Under the pieces are notes generated by a model, which saw only the letters and a list, made by a program, of their open reading frames with translations, was not told the origin of the DNA and did not search any database. Positions 9,377-18,392 of a DNA stretch of 64,000 nucleotides are shown here, in pieces. The stretch comes from Oscillospiraceae bacterium. GTDB taxonomy: Bacteria; Bacillota; Clostridia; Oscillospirales; SIG530. Location of the stretch: the NCBI GenBank assembly GCA_015067075.1, contig SVND01000003.1, positions 20,632-84,631 of the forward strand. The letters are read 5' to 3'. Each line of letters begins with the position of its first letter. Within the stretch, counting starts at the first letter, position 1. The translations under genes and the position numbers were made by a program.

Positions 9377-10542
9377 TAGATTATGATAAGCTTTTGACGG
9401 ACAGCATAAAAAGCGTCAAGCCGTCGGGCATAAGAAAATTTTTCGACCTGCTCCAAGGCATGGACGACGTTATTTCTCTTTCCGTCGGTCAGCCTGACTT
9501 TGATACGCCTTGGCACATACGCAAGGCAGGTATAGATTCCCTTAACGACGGCAAAACATATTATACGTCCAACGCAGGACTTGATGAGCTTCGCGGGGAG
9601 ATATCGAATTATCTTTTCCGTCGTTTTAACATTCCCAAATACGAGAAAAAAGAAATACTTATTACAGTCGGCGGAAGCGAAGCTATCGACCTTTGCATCC
9701 GCAGCCTTGTAAATCCCGGCGAGGAGGTAATAGTACCCGAACCATCCTTTGTTTGCTACTCGCCTTTAGCATCTCTTACAGGCGGAGTAGCCGTGCCCAT
9801 CTGCACAAAAGCAGAGGATGAATTCAGACTCACTGCCGATGCGCTCAAGGCAGCTATTACACCGAAGACGAAGCTTCTTGTATTGCCTTTCCCGAACAAT
9901 CCCACAGGTGCTATTATGCAAAGGGAAGACCTTGAAGCTATCGCTGACGTGCTGGACGGCACGGATATCATGGTGCTTTCCGATGAAATATATGCAGAGC
10001 TTACATACGGCGATGTTTCGCATTGCTCCTGCGCCGCTATCGAAAGACTCCGCGAAAGAACCGTACTTGTCGGCGGCTTTTCCAAAGCATACGCCATGAC
10101 AGGCTGGCGTTTAGGCTACGCCTGCGGTCCTGCGCCCGTTATCGCCGCAATGCTCAAGCTCCACCAGTTCGCCATCATGTGTGCACCGACGACGAGCCAA
10201 TACGCCGCTGTAAAAGCCATGCGCGACGGTGACGGCGACGTTGATATGATGTTCGAGGAATATGACCGACGCAGAAAAATGCTCATACATGAGCTCAACA
10301 GAATAGGAATGCCCTGCTTCGATGCAAAGGGTGCATTTTATTTGTTCCCGAGCATACAAAAATTTGGACTTTCAAGCGAGGAATTTGCCGAAAGATTACT
10401 TAACGCGGAGCACGTTGCAGTTGTACCAGGCTCCGCCTTCGGCGAAAGTGGCGAGGGCTTTGTGCGCATCTGCTATGCCCATTCCCTTGCAAAGCTTACG
10501 GAAGCGGTAATCCGCATAGAAAGATTTTTAAAAACGCTTTGA
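9373..10542 (+). CDS. Class I/II PLP-dependent aminotransferase
   Basis: PNNPTG, SDEIY, GFSKAYAMTGWRLG. Confidence 0.93.
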   Translation: MIDYDKLLTDSIKSVKPSGIRKFFDLLQGMDDVISLSVGQPDFDTPWHIRKAGIDSLNDGKTYYTSNAGLDELRGEISNYLFRRFNIPKYEKKEILITVGGSEAIDLCIRSLVNPGEEVIVPEPSFVCYSPLASLTGGVAVPICTKAEDEFRLTADALKAAITPKTKLLVLPFPNNPTGAIMQREDLEAIADVLDGTDIMVLSDEIYAELTYGDVSHCSCAAIERLRERTVLVGGFSKAYAMTGWRLGYACGPAPVIAAMLKLHQFAIMCAPTTSQYAAVKAMRDGDGDVDMMFEEYDRRRKMLIHELNRIGMPCFDAKGAFYLFPSIQKFGLSSEEFAERLLNAEHVAVVPGSAFGESGEGFVRICYAHSLAKLTEAVIRIERFLKTL

Positions 10543-10560
10543 TTAGCAGGAGGTCAACTT

Positions 10561-11424
10561 ATGGCAAGTGAGCTTATTTCAAGAATCGAAGCCCATAAGC
10601 ACGAGCTGTCCAAGGGACAGCGCAAGCTTACAGCATATATCACAGAGCATTACGATAAAGCGGCTTTTATGACGGCGGCAAAGCTCGGTGAAACTGTAGG
10701 TGTCAGCGAATCAACTGTAGTTCGTTTTGCTGATAAGCTCGGCTACGACGGCTATCACAAAATGCAAAAAGCGCTTCACGAGATGATAAGAACGAAGCTT
10801 ACGTCGGTTCAGCGTATAGAAGTGACAAACGACAGAATAGGAAGTACAGACGTGCTTGAAGCCGTTATGGCGGCTGATGCCGAAAGAATCCGCTCCACCT
10901 TGGGCGAAATTGACAGAGAGGCGTTTAATACTGCTGTTGACAAGCTTGTTTCCGCAAAGCATATTTACATCATCGGCGTGCGCTCCGCCGCATCGCTGGC
11001 AAGCTTTCTCGGCTTTTATTTCAACAGCATTTTTGCAAATGTAACGCTTATAAGTACCGCTACGCTCAGCGAAATGTTTGAACAGCTTTTGCGCATCGGC
11101 GAGGGCGATGTTGCCCTCGGTATAAGCTTTCCCCGCTATTCTGCAAGGACTGTCAGCGCTTTGCGCTTTGCAAAGGACAGGGGTGCTCACGTTATCGGTA
11201 TAACAGACAGTGCTTTTTCACCTATTGCCGAAACATCCACAACGACACTTATCGCCAGAAGCGATATGGCTTCCTTCGTTGATTCGCTTTGCGCACCGCT
11301 CAGCCTTATAAACGCACTTATCGTTGCCATAGGCATGCGCAAGAGTGATGAAATATCCCAAACCTTTGAACAGCTTGAACGGATTTGGGATGAATACAAC
11401 GTATATCAAAAAACACAGCAATAA
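10561..11424 (+). CDS. MurR/RpiR family regulator (HTH + SIS)
   Basis: VSESTVVRFA HTH; ISFPRYS and ITDSAFSPIA SIS domain. Confidence 0.92.
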   Translation: MASELISRIEAHKHELSKGQRKLTAYITEHYDKAAFMTAAKLGETVGVSESTVVRFADKLGYDGYHKMQKALHEMIRTKLTSVQRIEVTNDRIGSTDVLEAVMAADAERIRSTLGEIDREAFNTAVDKLVSAKHIYIIGVRSAASLASFLGFYFNSIFANVTLISTATLSEMFEQLLRIGEGDVALGISFPRYSARTVSALRFAKDRGAHVIGITDSAFSPIAETSTTTLIARSDMASFVDSLCAPLSLINALIVAIGMRKSDEISQTFEQLERIWDEYNVYQKTQQ

Positions 11425-11438
11425 TCAAGAGGGATATT

Positions 11439-12173
11439 ATGAAAGGTTCCATTAAGGAAAAAGTAATAGTGCTCACGGGGGCAGGCGGCGGCATCGGTAA
11501 AGTCGTAGCTACAGCTTTGGCGGAGCAGGGCGCATCGCTGGCCCTTTGCGGCGGTAATAATCTTGAAAGACTCGCTGAAACAGAGCGCCTCGTCCGAGAA
11601 AAGGGCGCAAAGGTTTTCACTTTGGCAGGAAATCTTACGGAGCAGTCATTTTTGGACAGCTGCATGGATAAAATAGCGGAGCATTTCGGCAAAATTGATA
11701 TACTCATAAATAACGCAGGCGTTGCTATGAACACACCCTTCGACGATGTTACATACGAAACCTTCGACAGAATAATGGAGATAAACGTTCGCGTACCGTT
11801 TTTCCTTTGCCAAAAAGCTCTACCCTACTTAAGAAAGTCTGACTATGCGGCGATAGTAAATATCGCGTCTGTCGTCGGACACAAGGGTTACGTAAACCAG
11901 TCTGTTTACGCCGCGTCGAAGCATGCGCTTTTGGGCTTCAGCAAAACACTTGCAAACGAAGTATATAAGGAAAACATCCGTGTTCATACCGTATGCCCCG
12001 GCGGAGTTTTCACCGATATGGTAAAGCTGTCACGCCCCGATCTTACGGGCGAGGATATGATAATGCCTGAAGACATCGCCGATATAATCTTGTTTTTACT
12101 GCAAAACAGAACAAATGCGGTAATTGATGAGATTTGTGTTCACAGAAGCGGAAAACAACCCTTCGACGTGTAA
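11439..12173 (+). CDS. Short-chain dehydrogenase/reductase
   Basis: TGAGGGIG, NNAG, YAASK. Confidence 0.92.
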   Translation: MKGSIKEKVIVLTGAGGGIGKVVATALAEQGASLALCGGNNLERLAETERLVREKGAKVFTLAGNLTEQSFLDSCMDKIAEHFGKIDILINNAGVAMNTPFDDVTYETFDRIMEINVRVPFFLCQKALPYLRKSDYAAIVNIASVVGHKGYVNQSVYAASKHALLGFSKTLANEVYKENIRVHTVCPGGVFTDMVKLSRPDLTGEDMIMPEDIADIILFLLQNRTNAVIDEICVHRSGKQPFDV

Positions 12174-12181
12174 AAAAACGG

Positions 12182-12210
12182 TTGACATAAGGACAATAAA
12201 GTAGTAAAAT
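12182..12210 (+). promoter_or_regulatory. Sigma-A type promoter for ilvE
   Basis: TTGACA-17 bp-TAAAAT. Confidence 0.7.
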
Positions 12211-12243
12211 ATATAAATAAGTAAATTTAAAGGACTGAAAGAA

Positions 12244-13314
12244 ATGGCACTTAACATCAAAATTGAAAAAACAACAGCTCCTAAGGCTAAACCCGATTGG
12301 TCAAAGCTCGGCTTCGGTAAAATTTTTACAGACCATATGTTCATTATGGACTATACAGAGGGACAGGGCTGGCATGACGCTCGCATCGTTCCCTATCAGA
12401 AGATAGCTCTTGAGCCGTCTGCAATGGTTTTCCACTATGCGCAGGAAATGTTCGAAGGCCTTAAGGCTTATAAAACTGCCGACGGTCAGGTTCAGCTTTT
12501 CCGTCCTCAGAAGAATATTGAACGTATGAACAACACAAATAAGCGTATGTGCATACCGCAGGTCGATCCCGATGACGTTTTGCAGGCTATAAAGGCTGTG
12601 GTTGACGTTGACCGCGATTGGATACCCGAAGCAGAAGGCACTTCTCTTTACATCCGTCCGTTCATTATTGCTGTTGACCCCTTCCTCGGCGTTCACGTTG
12701 CAAAGCAGTATATGTTCATGATAATCCTTTCTCCCGTTGGCTCTTACTATCCCGACGGCATCAATCCCGTTAAGATCTTCGTTGAAACGGAGTATGTCCG
12801 CGCTGTCAAGGGCGGTACAGGTTATGCAAAGGTCGGCGGAAACTACGCTGCATCCCTTATCGGTCAGGAAAAGGCTGAAAAGCTCGGCTATGCACAGGTT
12901 TTGTGGCTTGACGGTATTGAGCATAAATACATCGACGAAGTCGGTGCAATGAACGTTTTCTTCGTCATCGACGGCGAAATAATAACACCTTCCCTCGAAG
13001 ACGGAAACATCCTTCCCGGTGTAACCCGTGCATCCTGCATCGAGCTTCTCAGAAGCTGGGGCTACAAGGTAACAGAGCGCAAGGTCTCCGTCGCAGAGCT
13101 TTATGATGCGCACGCCGCAGGCAAGCTCAATGAAGGCTTTGGCACAGGTACAGCAGCAGTTATCTCTCCCATTGGCGAGCTTAACGACGATGGCAATAAG
13201 ATAATTCTCAACGACGGTAAGATCGGTCCTATCTCTCAGAAGCTTTACGATAACCTTACAGGTATTCAGTGGGGCAGAGTTGCTGATCCCTTCGGCTGGG
13301 TAGAAAAAGTATAA
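12244..13314 (+). CDS. ilvE: Branched-chain amino acid aminotransferase
   Basis: FTDHM, FEGLKAY, LYIRP, KVGGNYA, EVGAMN, ILPGVTR, GTAAVISP. Confidence 0.95.
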   Translation: MALNIKIEKTTAPKAKPDWSKLGFGKIFTDHMFIMDYTEGQGWHDARIVPYQKIALEPSAMVFHYAQEMFEGLKAYKTADGQVQLFRPQKNIERMNNTNKRMCIPQVDPDDVLQAIKAVVDVDRDWIPEAEGTSLYIRPFIIAVDPFLGVHVAKQYMFMIILSPVGSYYPDGINPVKIFVETEYVRAVKGGTGYAKVGGNYAASLIGQEKAEKLGYAQVLWLDGIEHKYIDEVGAMNVFFVIDGEIITPSLEDGNILPGVTRASCIELLRSWGYKVTERKVSVAELYDAHAAGKLNEGFGTGTAAVISPIGELNDDGNKIILNDGKIGPISQKLYDNLTGIQWGRVADPFGWVEKV

Positions 13315-13324
13315 TCAAAAAAGT

Positions 13325-13359
13325 AAGTGCTGATGTGAGCATTTCACATCAGCACTTTT
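13325..13359. terminator. Bidirectional terminator
   Basis: 14-bp inverted repeat AAGTGCTGATGTGA/TCACATCAGCACTT. Confidence 0.75.
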
Positions 13360-13371
13360 ATTTTTAACGCA

Positions 13372-13704
13372 TTATTTCCAATCAACAAGCACAGCTTGCT
13401 CGGTTGAAAAATAGTCCTCCATCCTACTGCTAAGGCCTGCCGCCTTCCAAGCCTGCGTAAAAGTTATGGTCTTTCGATTGCTGAGATAAACGAAGGTTGA
13501 ATCTATTGCGGCATTAGGCATTCTGCCGCTGATGACAAGCCTGTATTTATAAATATTGCCGTCCTTCTGCCACGTTCCGTCGCTCAGCTCATAATACGTC
13601 GTAAACCCCGTCTGAATGGTATCAATTATCTGTGGATCATTCTTTTTTACCGCGCATCCAACAAGCAAGCAAACGGTAAGCACTAAAACCATTATTCTTT
13701 TCAT
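13372..13704 (-). CDS. Small hypothetical lipoprotein
   Basis: MKR + hydrophobic stretch + LVGC lipobox; last gene of the blaI/blaR1-like operon. Confidence 0.75.
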   Translation of the reverse strand: MKRIMVLVLTVCLLVGCAVKKNDPQIIDTIQTGFTTYYELSDGTWQKDGNIYKYRLVISGRMPNAAIDSTFVYLSNRKTITFTQAWKAAGLSSRMEDYFSTEQAVLVDWK

Positions 13705-13705
13705 T

Positions 13706-13987
13706 TCATTCTCCCTTCAAAAACCGCTTGTAATCACAAAGAAAATTGTACACACCGTCTTCCGAAAGAACACCGCGCTTCAGCGTCGGCTCAAGCAGCT
13801 TTTTCTCGTCAAGCTCGTAATCTTTGCGCCATTTACCGCCTTCGTAATACTTTGTCAGCGATTTCAGCATTTTTCGCAATCCCTTATCGGCGGCGATAGT
13901 ATTTGGTGCATTTTTAAAAGCGTCGCTTAACGTGTCAAAATACGTTTCCATCTTCTTTATCCGTTTTACCGCAAAATAAATGATCAT
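13706..13987 (-). CDS. DUF4298-like small protein
   Basis: YY..G.W..DYE.DE...L...LKRGVLSEDGVYN pattern recalled for DUF4298. Confidence 0.65.
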   Translation of the reverse strand: MIIYFAVKRIKKMETYFDTLSDAFKNAPNTIAADKGLRKMLKSLTKYYEGGKWRKDYELDEKKLLEPTLKRGVLSEDGVYNFLCDYKRFLKGE

Positions 13988-13988
13988 A

Positions 13989-14594
13989 TTACTCAGCCTC
14001 GTTTATCTTGACGCCCATAACATAGCCATTGCTGTCGTAATAAACTATAGCATATTTATCCATGCCGTCAATTTTATAAATATCTCCCCAAAGTCCAGAC
14101 AAATGACCGTCAGGCTCGCCCCATATATCATGGACATTGCTTTCGGATATCCCAAGCAAAGCTTCTTCAAGCTTTTTTTCGCTGTAGCCGTCAAGCTCGC
14201 TGATTTTTGGCACATAAACCTCGCGGTTCTCATAAAGATCAAGCCATTGCGGCGCACTCGCCCAGCCGCCGTCTTTGCCGACACCGCTTATTTCAGCGCA
14301 GGCGGCAGCCATAATATAAGCATCAAGTCCCGCCTCTCCCGAGCGTAAAACAGGTAAAAACGCTTTCAGCGCGTCATCGCCCGCCGACAGTATCTCATCG
14401 TACAGCTCGCGCTTAGCTTCGATGTATGTGTAAGGATTGCTTGAAAAAGCAACGTCGGGGTTGTAGGCTATATCATGTACAAGGCTTTGCAAATATTCCG
14501 CTGAAATCTTTTCGTTACACGCGGAAAATGAAAAAACAAGTAAAAACAAAGCAAAAAAACAGGCAAACAAGCGTAAAAAACTACGTTTTTTCAT
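13989..14594 (-). CDS. Hypothetical lipoprotein
   Basis: AGGAG RBS, signal peptide with FSAC lipobox; tightly packed in the operon. Confidence 0.75.
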   Translation of the reverse strand: MKKRSFLRLFACFFALFLLVFSFSACNEKISAEYLQSLVHDIAYNPDVAFSSNPYTYIEAKRELYDEILSAGDDALKAFLPVLRSGEAGLDAYIMAAACAEISGVGKDGGWASAPQWLDLYENREVYVPKISELDGYSEKKLEEALLGISESNVHDIWGEPDGHLSGLWGDIYKIDGMDKYAIVYYDSNGYVMGVKINEAE

Positions 14595-14609
14595 AAAAAT
14601 ACTCCTTTT

Positions 14610-15506
14610 TTAATGAGAAAAAGCCAAAAAAACAAAAATTAAAACAAAAAAGCAGGTAAAAATCAGCGAAAAAATCGACATTTTCTTATAAAATATCACG
14701 TTTTTGATACGCGCTTCAACTGTTTTCCCACCAAATCCCGACGAAAAAACAGTGCTTTTTTGCTGTGCAAATTTAAGTAATATCCGCGCGTAATTCTTCC
14801 TTTCGCCATCACCCAATTCATACAATGCGCCAATGTCACAGGCAAGCTCACAATCGGTCAAAAGCATCCTTAAAAATATCCATGAAAGCGGATTGAACCA
14901 ATGGATGCAAGCGATGAAAACGGCGAAAAACCTCACAATATTATCGCCGCGCCGTATATGAATGCGTTCATGCGCCGCCACATAGCGAAGCTCCTTGGCC
15001 GTTATACCTTTCGGCAAAATCACACGCGGAAAAAGCATTCCCACAACCATTGCCGTATCAGCTTTTTCAGAAACGAAAACGTTTCCTCTTATGCGAGCTG
15101 CGCCGTTAAATGAATATAAAGACACAATATAAGTGCAAAGAAAATATACGATCAAAAGCACCGCAATTACAAGCCATATAACGGCTAAAGCAGAGAAAAT
15201 CGCTTCGATCATCGCGTTTTTATATACCATGCCTTTGTAATCATCAATAAGCAGTATCACGTTACTCATGGCAAAAGCATCCGGAATTTTCGGTATTTCA
15301 ACAGGTATTATCCGATAAAATCTGAGTATCTCCGGGCGAAGCACAGGTAAAACAGGCAATATCATTCGCAAAAACGGTAAAAACCATAGAAAATATGTAA
15401 CCGTTCGCGGTATTTTTTTGATCATTCCAAAAAGCATGACCATGCATCCCATAATGCTCGCGCCGATGCTCATGTTTACTATCCAATAAAAAGCAGTAGT
15501 TATCAT
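14610..15506 (-). CDS. M56 (BlaR1/MecR1-like) membrane metallopeptidase without a C-terminal sensor
   Basis: HERIH zinc motif, HWFNPL, ELACD, ERKNY; the protein ends right after the last TM helix. Confidence 0.88.
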   Translation of the reverse strand: MITTAFYWIVNMSIGASIMGCMVMLFGMIKKIPRTVTYFLWFLPFLRMILPVLPVLRPEILRFYRIIPVEIPKIPDAFAMSNVILLIDDYKGMVYKNAMIEAIFSALAVIWLVIAVLLIVYFLCTYIVSLYSFNGAARIRGNVFVSEKADTAMVVGMLFPRVILPKGITAKELRYVAAHERIHIRRGDNIVRFFAVFIACIHWFNPLSWIFLRMLLTDCELACDIGALYELGDGERKNYARILLKFAQQKSTVFSSGFGGKTVEARIKNVIFYKKMSIFSLIFTCFFVLIFVFLAFSH

Positions 15507-15507
15507 A

Positions 15508-15861
15508 TCAATCGTCGAGCATTTTCTTTATTTCTTCGATTTCTCCTTCGGTCAGCTCTCCATCGCTTAAAAATGCTGAGAAAAATGCTTTTTTCGAGCC
15601 GCCGAAAAGCTTTTCTATAAGCGTATTCGTTTCAGCTTTGCGAACATCCTCAATAGTTATCGCCGCACAGCAAGTAAAATTAGGCTCGCTTCGCGTTATC
15701 GCCCCCTTTTCCACGAGCTTCGTCACGATAGTGTACGTCGTGTTCTTGCTCCAACCGATAGTATCGCGGGCAATAAGCGATATGTCCTTCGCCGTTATGG
15801 GCTGATGCGCCCACACGATCTCCATCACCTTAAGCTCGCTGTCAAAAAGCTTGATATCCAT
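15508..15861 (-). CDS. BlaI/MecI/CopY family repressor
   Basis: SELKVMEIVW, WSKNTTYT, LFGGS. ATG 15861 has a GAGGGTG RBS; GTG at 15870 is an alternative start. Confidence 0.92.
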   Translation of the reverse strand: MDIKLFDSELKVMEIVWAHQPITAKDISLIARDTIGWSKNTTYTIVTKLVEKGAITRSEPNFTCCAAITIEDVRKAETNTLIEKLFGGSKKAFFSAFLSDGELTEGEIEEIKKMLDD

Positions 15862-15877
15862 TTCTTTCACCCTCTTA

Positions 15878-15910
15878 TACTATTGCAATAGTGGTACTAC
15901 TGCAATAGTA
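15878..15910. promoter_or_regulatory. Tandem palindromic operator (likely BlaI-family sites)
   Basis: ACTATTGCAATAGT (perfect palindrome, 15879-15892) and TACTACTGCAATAGTA (15895-15910), 17 bp apart, between the -10 box and the RBS. Confidence 0.7.
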
Positions 15911-15938
15911 TTGTATCACAACTCATATATTTTGTCAA
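15910..15938 (-). promoter_or_regulatory. Sigma-A promoter of the blaI-like operon
   Basis: Minus strand TTGACA-17 bp-TACAAT with a TG extension. Confidence 0.75.
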
Positions 15939-16072
15939 CTGCTTTTTTGTGGCAAATTTGCGGAATTTACAACACATAATTTATTATTATTTTTTTCAAA
16001 AAAGGCTTGATTTTCTTCGATTGCAGTAGTATAATATTAGGGTTTTGAAGTATAAAAGAAGAAGGGATCATT

Positions 16073-17722
16073 GTGAAAAACTTAAAACCCATGCTTTTTA
16101 CAACGCTGAAAGGTTACAGTAAAGAGCAGTTCATCAAGGACATTGTCGCAGGCATAATCGTTGCGATCATTGCCCTTCCGCTTTCCATCGCTTTAGCTCT
16201 CGCCTCGGGTGTCAGCCCCGAAAAAGGTATTTACACAGCCATAATCGCAGGCTTTGTAATTTCTTTCCTCGGAGGAAGCACCGTCCAGATATCAGGCCCA
16301 ACAGCCGCTTTTGCGACGATAGTTGCAGGCGTTGTAGCAAAAAACGGACTTGACGGACTCGCCGTTGCCACCGTGATGGCAGGTATTATACTCGTACTTA
16401 TGGGTATATTCAAATTCGGCAAGCTCATAAAATTCATTCCTTACCCCATCGCCACAGGCTTTACGGCAGGTATCGCCGTAACCATACTTATCGGTCAGCT
16501 CAAGGACTTTTTCGGCGTTACATATGCACAAGGTGTCAGCCCCATTGAAACAACGGAAAAGCTTGCGGCATTTTTTGAAAGCATCGGAACATTCAACTGG
16601 GCTGCAATGCTCGTTGGTTTAGTATCGCTTGCTGTGCTTATTGTCTGGCCTATGATACCCAAGGTGCAGGTCATTCCCGCTTCCCTTATCGCCGTTATCG
16701 TCGGCATATTGATGGTGCAATTTTTACCCCTTTCCGTCAACACCATCGGAGATCTTTACACCATAAGCAATAAGCTTCCCGCTTTCCAGATGCCCAACGT
16801 CAGCTTCGACCTTGTAAAAACAGTTTTACCCGACGCGTTTACCATAGCCGTGCTTGCGGCGATAGAATCGCTTCTCTCCTGCGTTGTTGCTGACAGCATG
16901 ACAAACACACGCCACCGTTCCAACATGGAGCTTGTGGCTCAAGGTGCAGGTAACATCGCATCAGCGCTTTTTGGTGGTATCCCCGCCACAGGCGCTATCG
17001 CCCGTACAGCCGCGAACATCAAAAACGGCGGCCGTACCCCCATTTCAGGCATTGTCCACGCCATCGTTCTTTTACTAATCCTCGTTGTGCTCATGCCCTA
17101 CGCGTCGCTTATCCCCATGCCCACCATCGCGGCAATACTGTTCATCGTCGCATACAATATGTGCCAGTGGCGTCCTTTTGTAAAGCTTGTTAAAACAGCG
17201 CCGAAGAGTGATATAGCCATACTTGTGCTTACCTTTGTTTTCACCGTAGTTTTTGACCTTGTTGTCGCTATCGGTGTAGGTCTCGTCGTTGCTTGCCTGC
17301 TTCTGATAAAGAGGCTCAGCGGCTCTGCAAGTGTCGATTCATGGAAATATATTGATGATGAAAACGATCCTGACAGCATAAACCTTCGCAAGGTTTCAAA
17401 ACAGATCAAGGTTTACGAGGTCAGCGGTCCGCTGTTCTTCGGTGTTGCGGAAAAGCTTGCTCAAATTGAGTCCGAAGACGAAACAAAGTGCATTATTTTG
17501 CGTATGCGAAGCGTACCGTCTCTTGATATAACAGCGATGAACGAGCTTGAAAGCCTTTATGAAAAGTGCAAGGAAAAGGGTATTATTCTTATTCTTTCTC
17601 ACGTTAACGAGCAGCCCATGAAGGTAATGAAAAAGGCAGGCTTTACCGATAAGATCGGCGCAGATAATTTCTGCTCGCACATAGATGAAGCCATAACGCA
17701 TGCCGAAAAAATAGTCAAGTAA
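16073..17722 (+). CDS. SulP (SLC26) anion transporter with STAS domain
   Basis: ALPLSIALA, ISGPT, AIESLLS, ATGAIARTA, GPLFFG STAS; GTG start. Confidence 0.93.
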   Translation: MKNLKPMLFTTLKGYSKEQFIKDIVAGIIVAIIALPLSIALALASGVSPEKGIYTAIIAGFVISFLGGSTVQISGPTAAFATIVAGVVAKNGLDGLAVATVMAGIILVLMGIFKFGKLIKFIPYPIATGFTAGIAVTILIGQLKDFFGVTYAQGVSPIETTEKLAAFFESIGTFNWAAMLVGLVSLAVLIVWPMIPKVQVIPASLIAVIVGILMVQFLPLSVNTIGDLYTISNKLPAFQMPNVSFDLVKTVLPDAFTIAVLAAIESLLSCVVADSMTNTRHRSNMELVAQGAGNIASALFGGIPATGAIARTAANIKNGGRTPISGIVHAIVLLLILVVLMPYASLIPMPTIAAILFIVAYNMCQWRPFVKLVKTAPKSDIAILVLTFVFTVVFDLVVAIGVGLVVACLLLIKRLSGSASVDSWKYIDDENDPDSINLRKVSKQIKVYEVSGPLFFGVAEKLAQIESEDETKCIILRMRSVPSLDITAMNELESLYEKCKEKGIILILSHVNEQPMKVMKKAGFTDKIGADNFCSHIDEAITHAEKIVK

Positions 17723-17727
17723 ATTTT

Positions 17728-17802
17728 AAGAGCGCTATATTGCAGTATCAATATAGCGCTCTTTTGCTGTAAAAAAGCTGAGTCGATTTTGACTCAGCTT
17801 TT
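17728..17802. terminator. Two adjacent terminator hairpins between convergent genes
   Basis: AAGAGCGCTATATTG/CAATATAGCGCTCTT and AAAAGCTGAGTC/GACTCAGCTTTT. Confidence 0.7.
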
Positions 17803-17809
17803 AAGTAAT

Positions 17810-18367
17810 TTATTTTAAAATACGCCATTTGCCGATAAAGGGGATTTCTTTTGCTTTGCCCGTTATGGCATTAACTATACCGAGAACAGCCCAAACAAAA
17901 AGAAGAAGTCCTGCTACAAATCCGATGATCGATGCGAAAAATCCGATAAAGCCCGCAATTATTACTCCAACATAAGGAATTGCCGCAAAAAGGCCGCCTA
18001 CCGTATTAATTATCGTACAAACAACGCCTACAGCCAACTCGCAAAGGAACAGTATCAGTCCCTGATTTGCGTGAAAGCGTGCATACTTTGAGCCTTTTGT
18101 AGCGAAAAGCGGAATTATAAACAAAAAACCGATATAAGCGAACAAGGACATTATCTTGTTTTCTTCAATATCTTCGGGGATAAATTCGCTTGTTTTATCA
18201 GAAAAATCAAAAAGCTTTTGGAAAAAGCTCTCCGCCTTTGGAGCTTCCTTCGCCTTTTGAGGCTCGCCCTGATAATTGGGCTGCTCCTGATTTACCGCAT
18301 TGCCGCACGCGCCGCAAAAAGCAACGCCGTCGTTAAGCTCTGCACCACATTTAGAACATTTTTTCAT
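17810..18367 (-). CDS. Zinc-ribbon + DUF4870-like membrane protein
   Basis: GGAGG RBS before MKKCSKCG...FCGACG; ARFHANQGLIL and GIVNA..G...EIPFIG. Confidence 0.8.
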   Translation of the reverse strand: MKKCSKCGAELNDGVAFCGACGNAVNQEQPNYQGEPQKAKEAPKAESFFQKLFDFSDKTSEFIPEDIEENKIMSLFAYIGFLFIIPLFATKGSKYARFHANQGLILFLCELAVGVVCTIINTVGGLFAAIPYVGVIIAGFIGFFASIIGFVAGLLLFVWAVLGIVNAITGKAKEIPFIGKWRILK

Positions 18368-18392
18368 AGTTTTTTCCTCCGTTTTTTTATAT

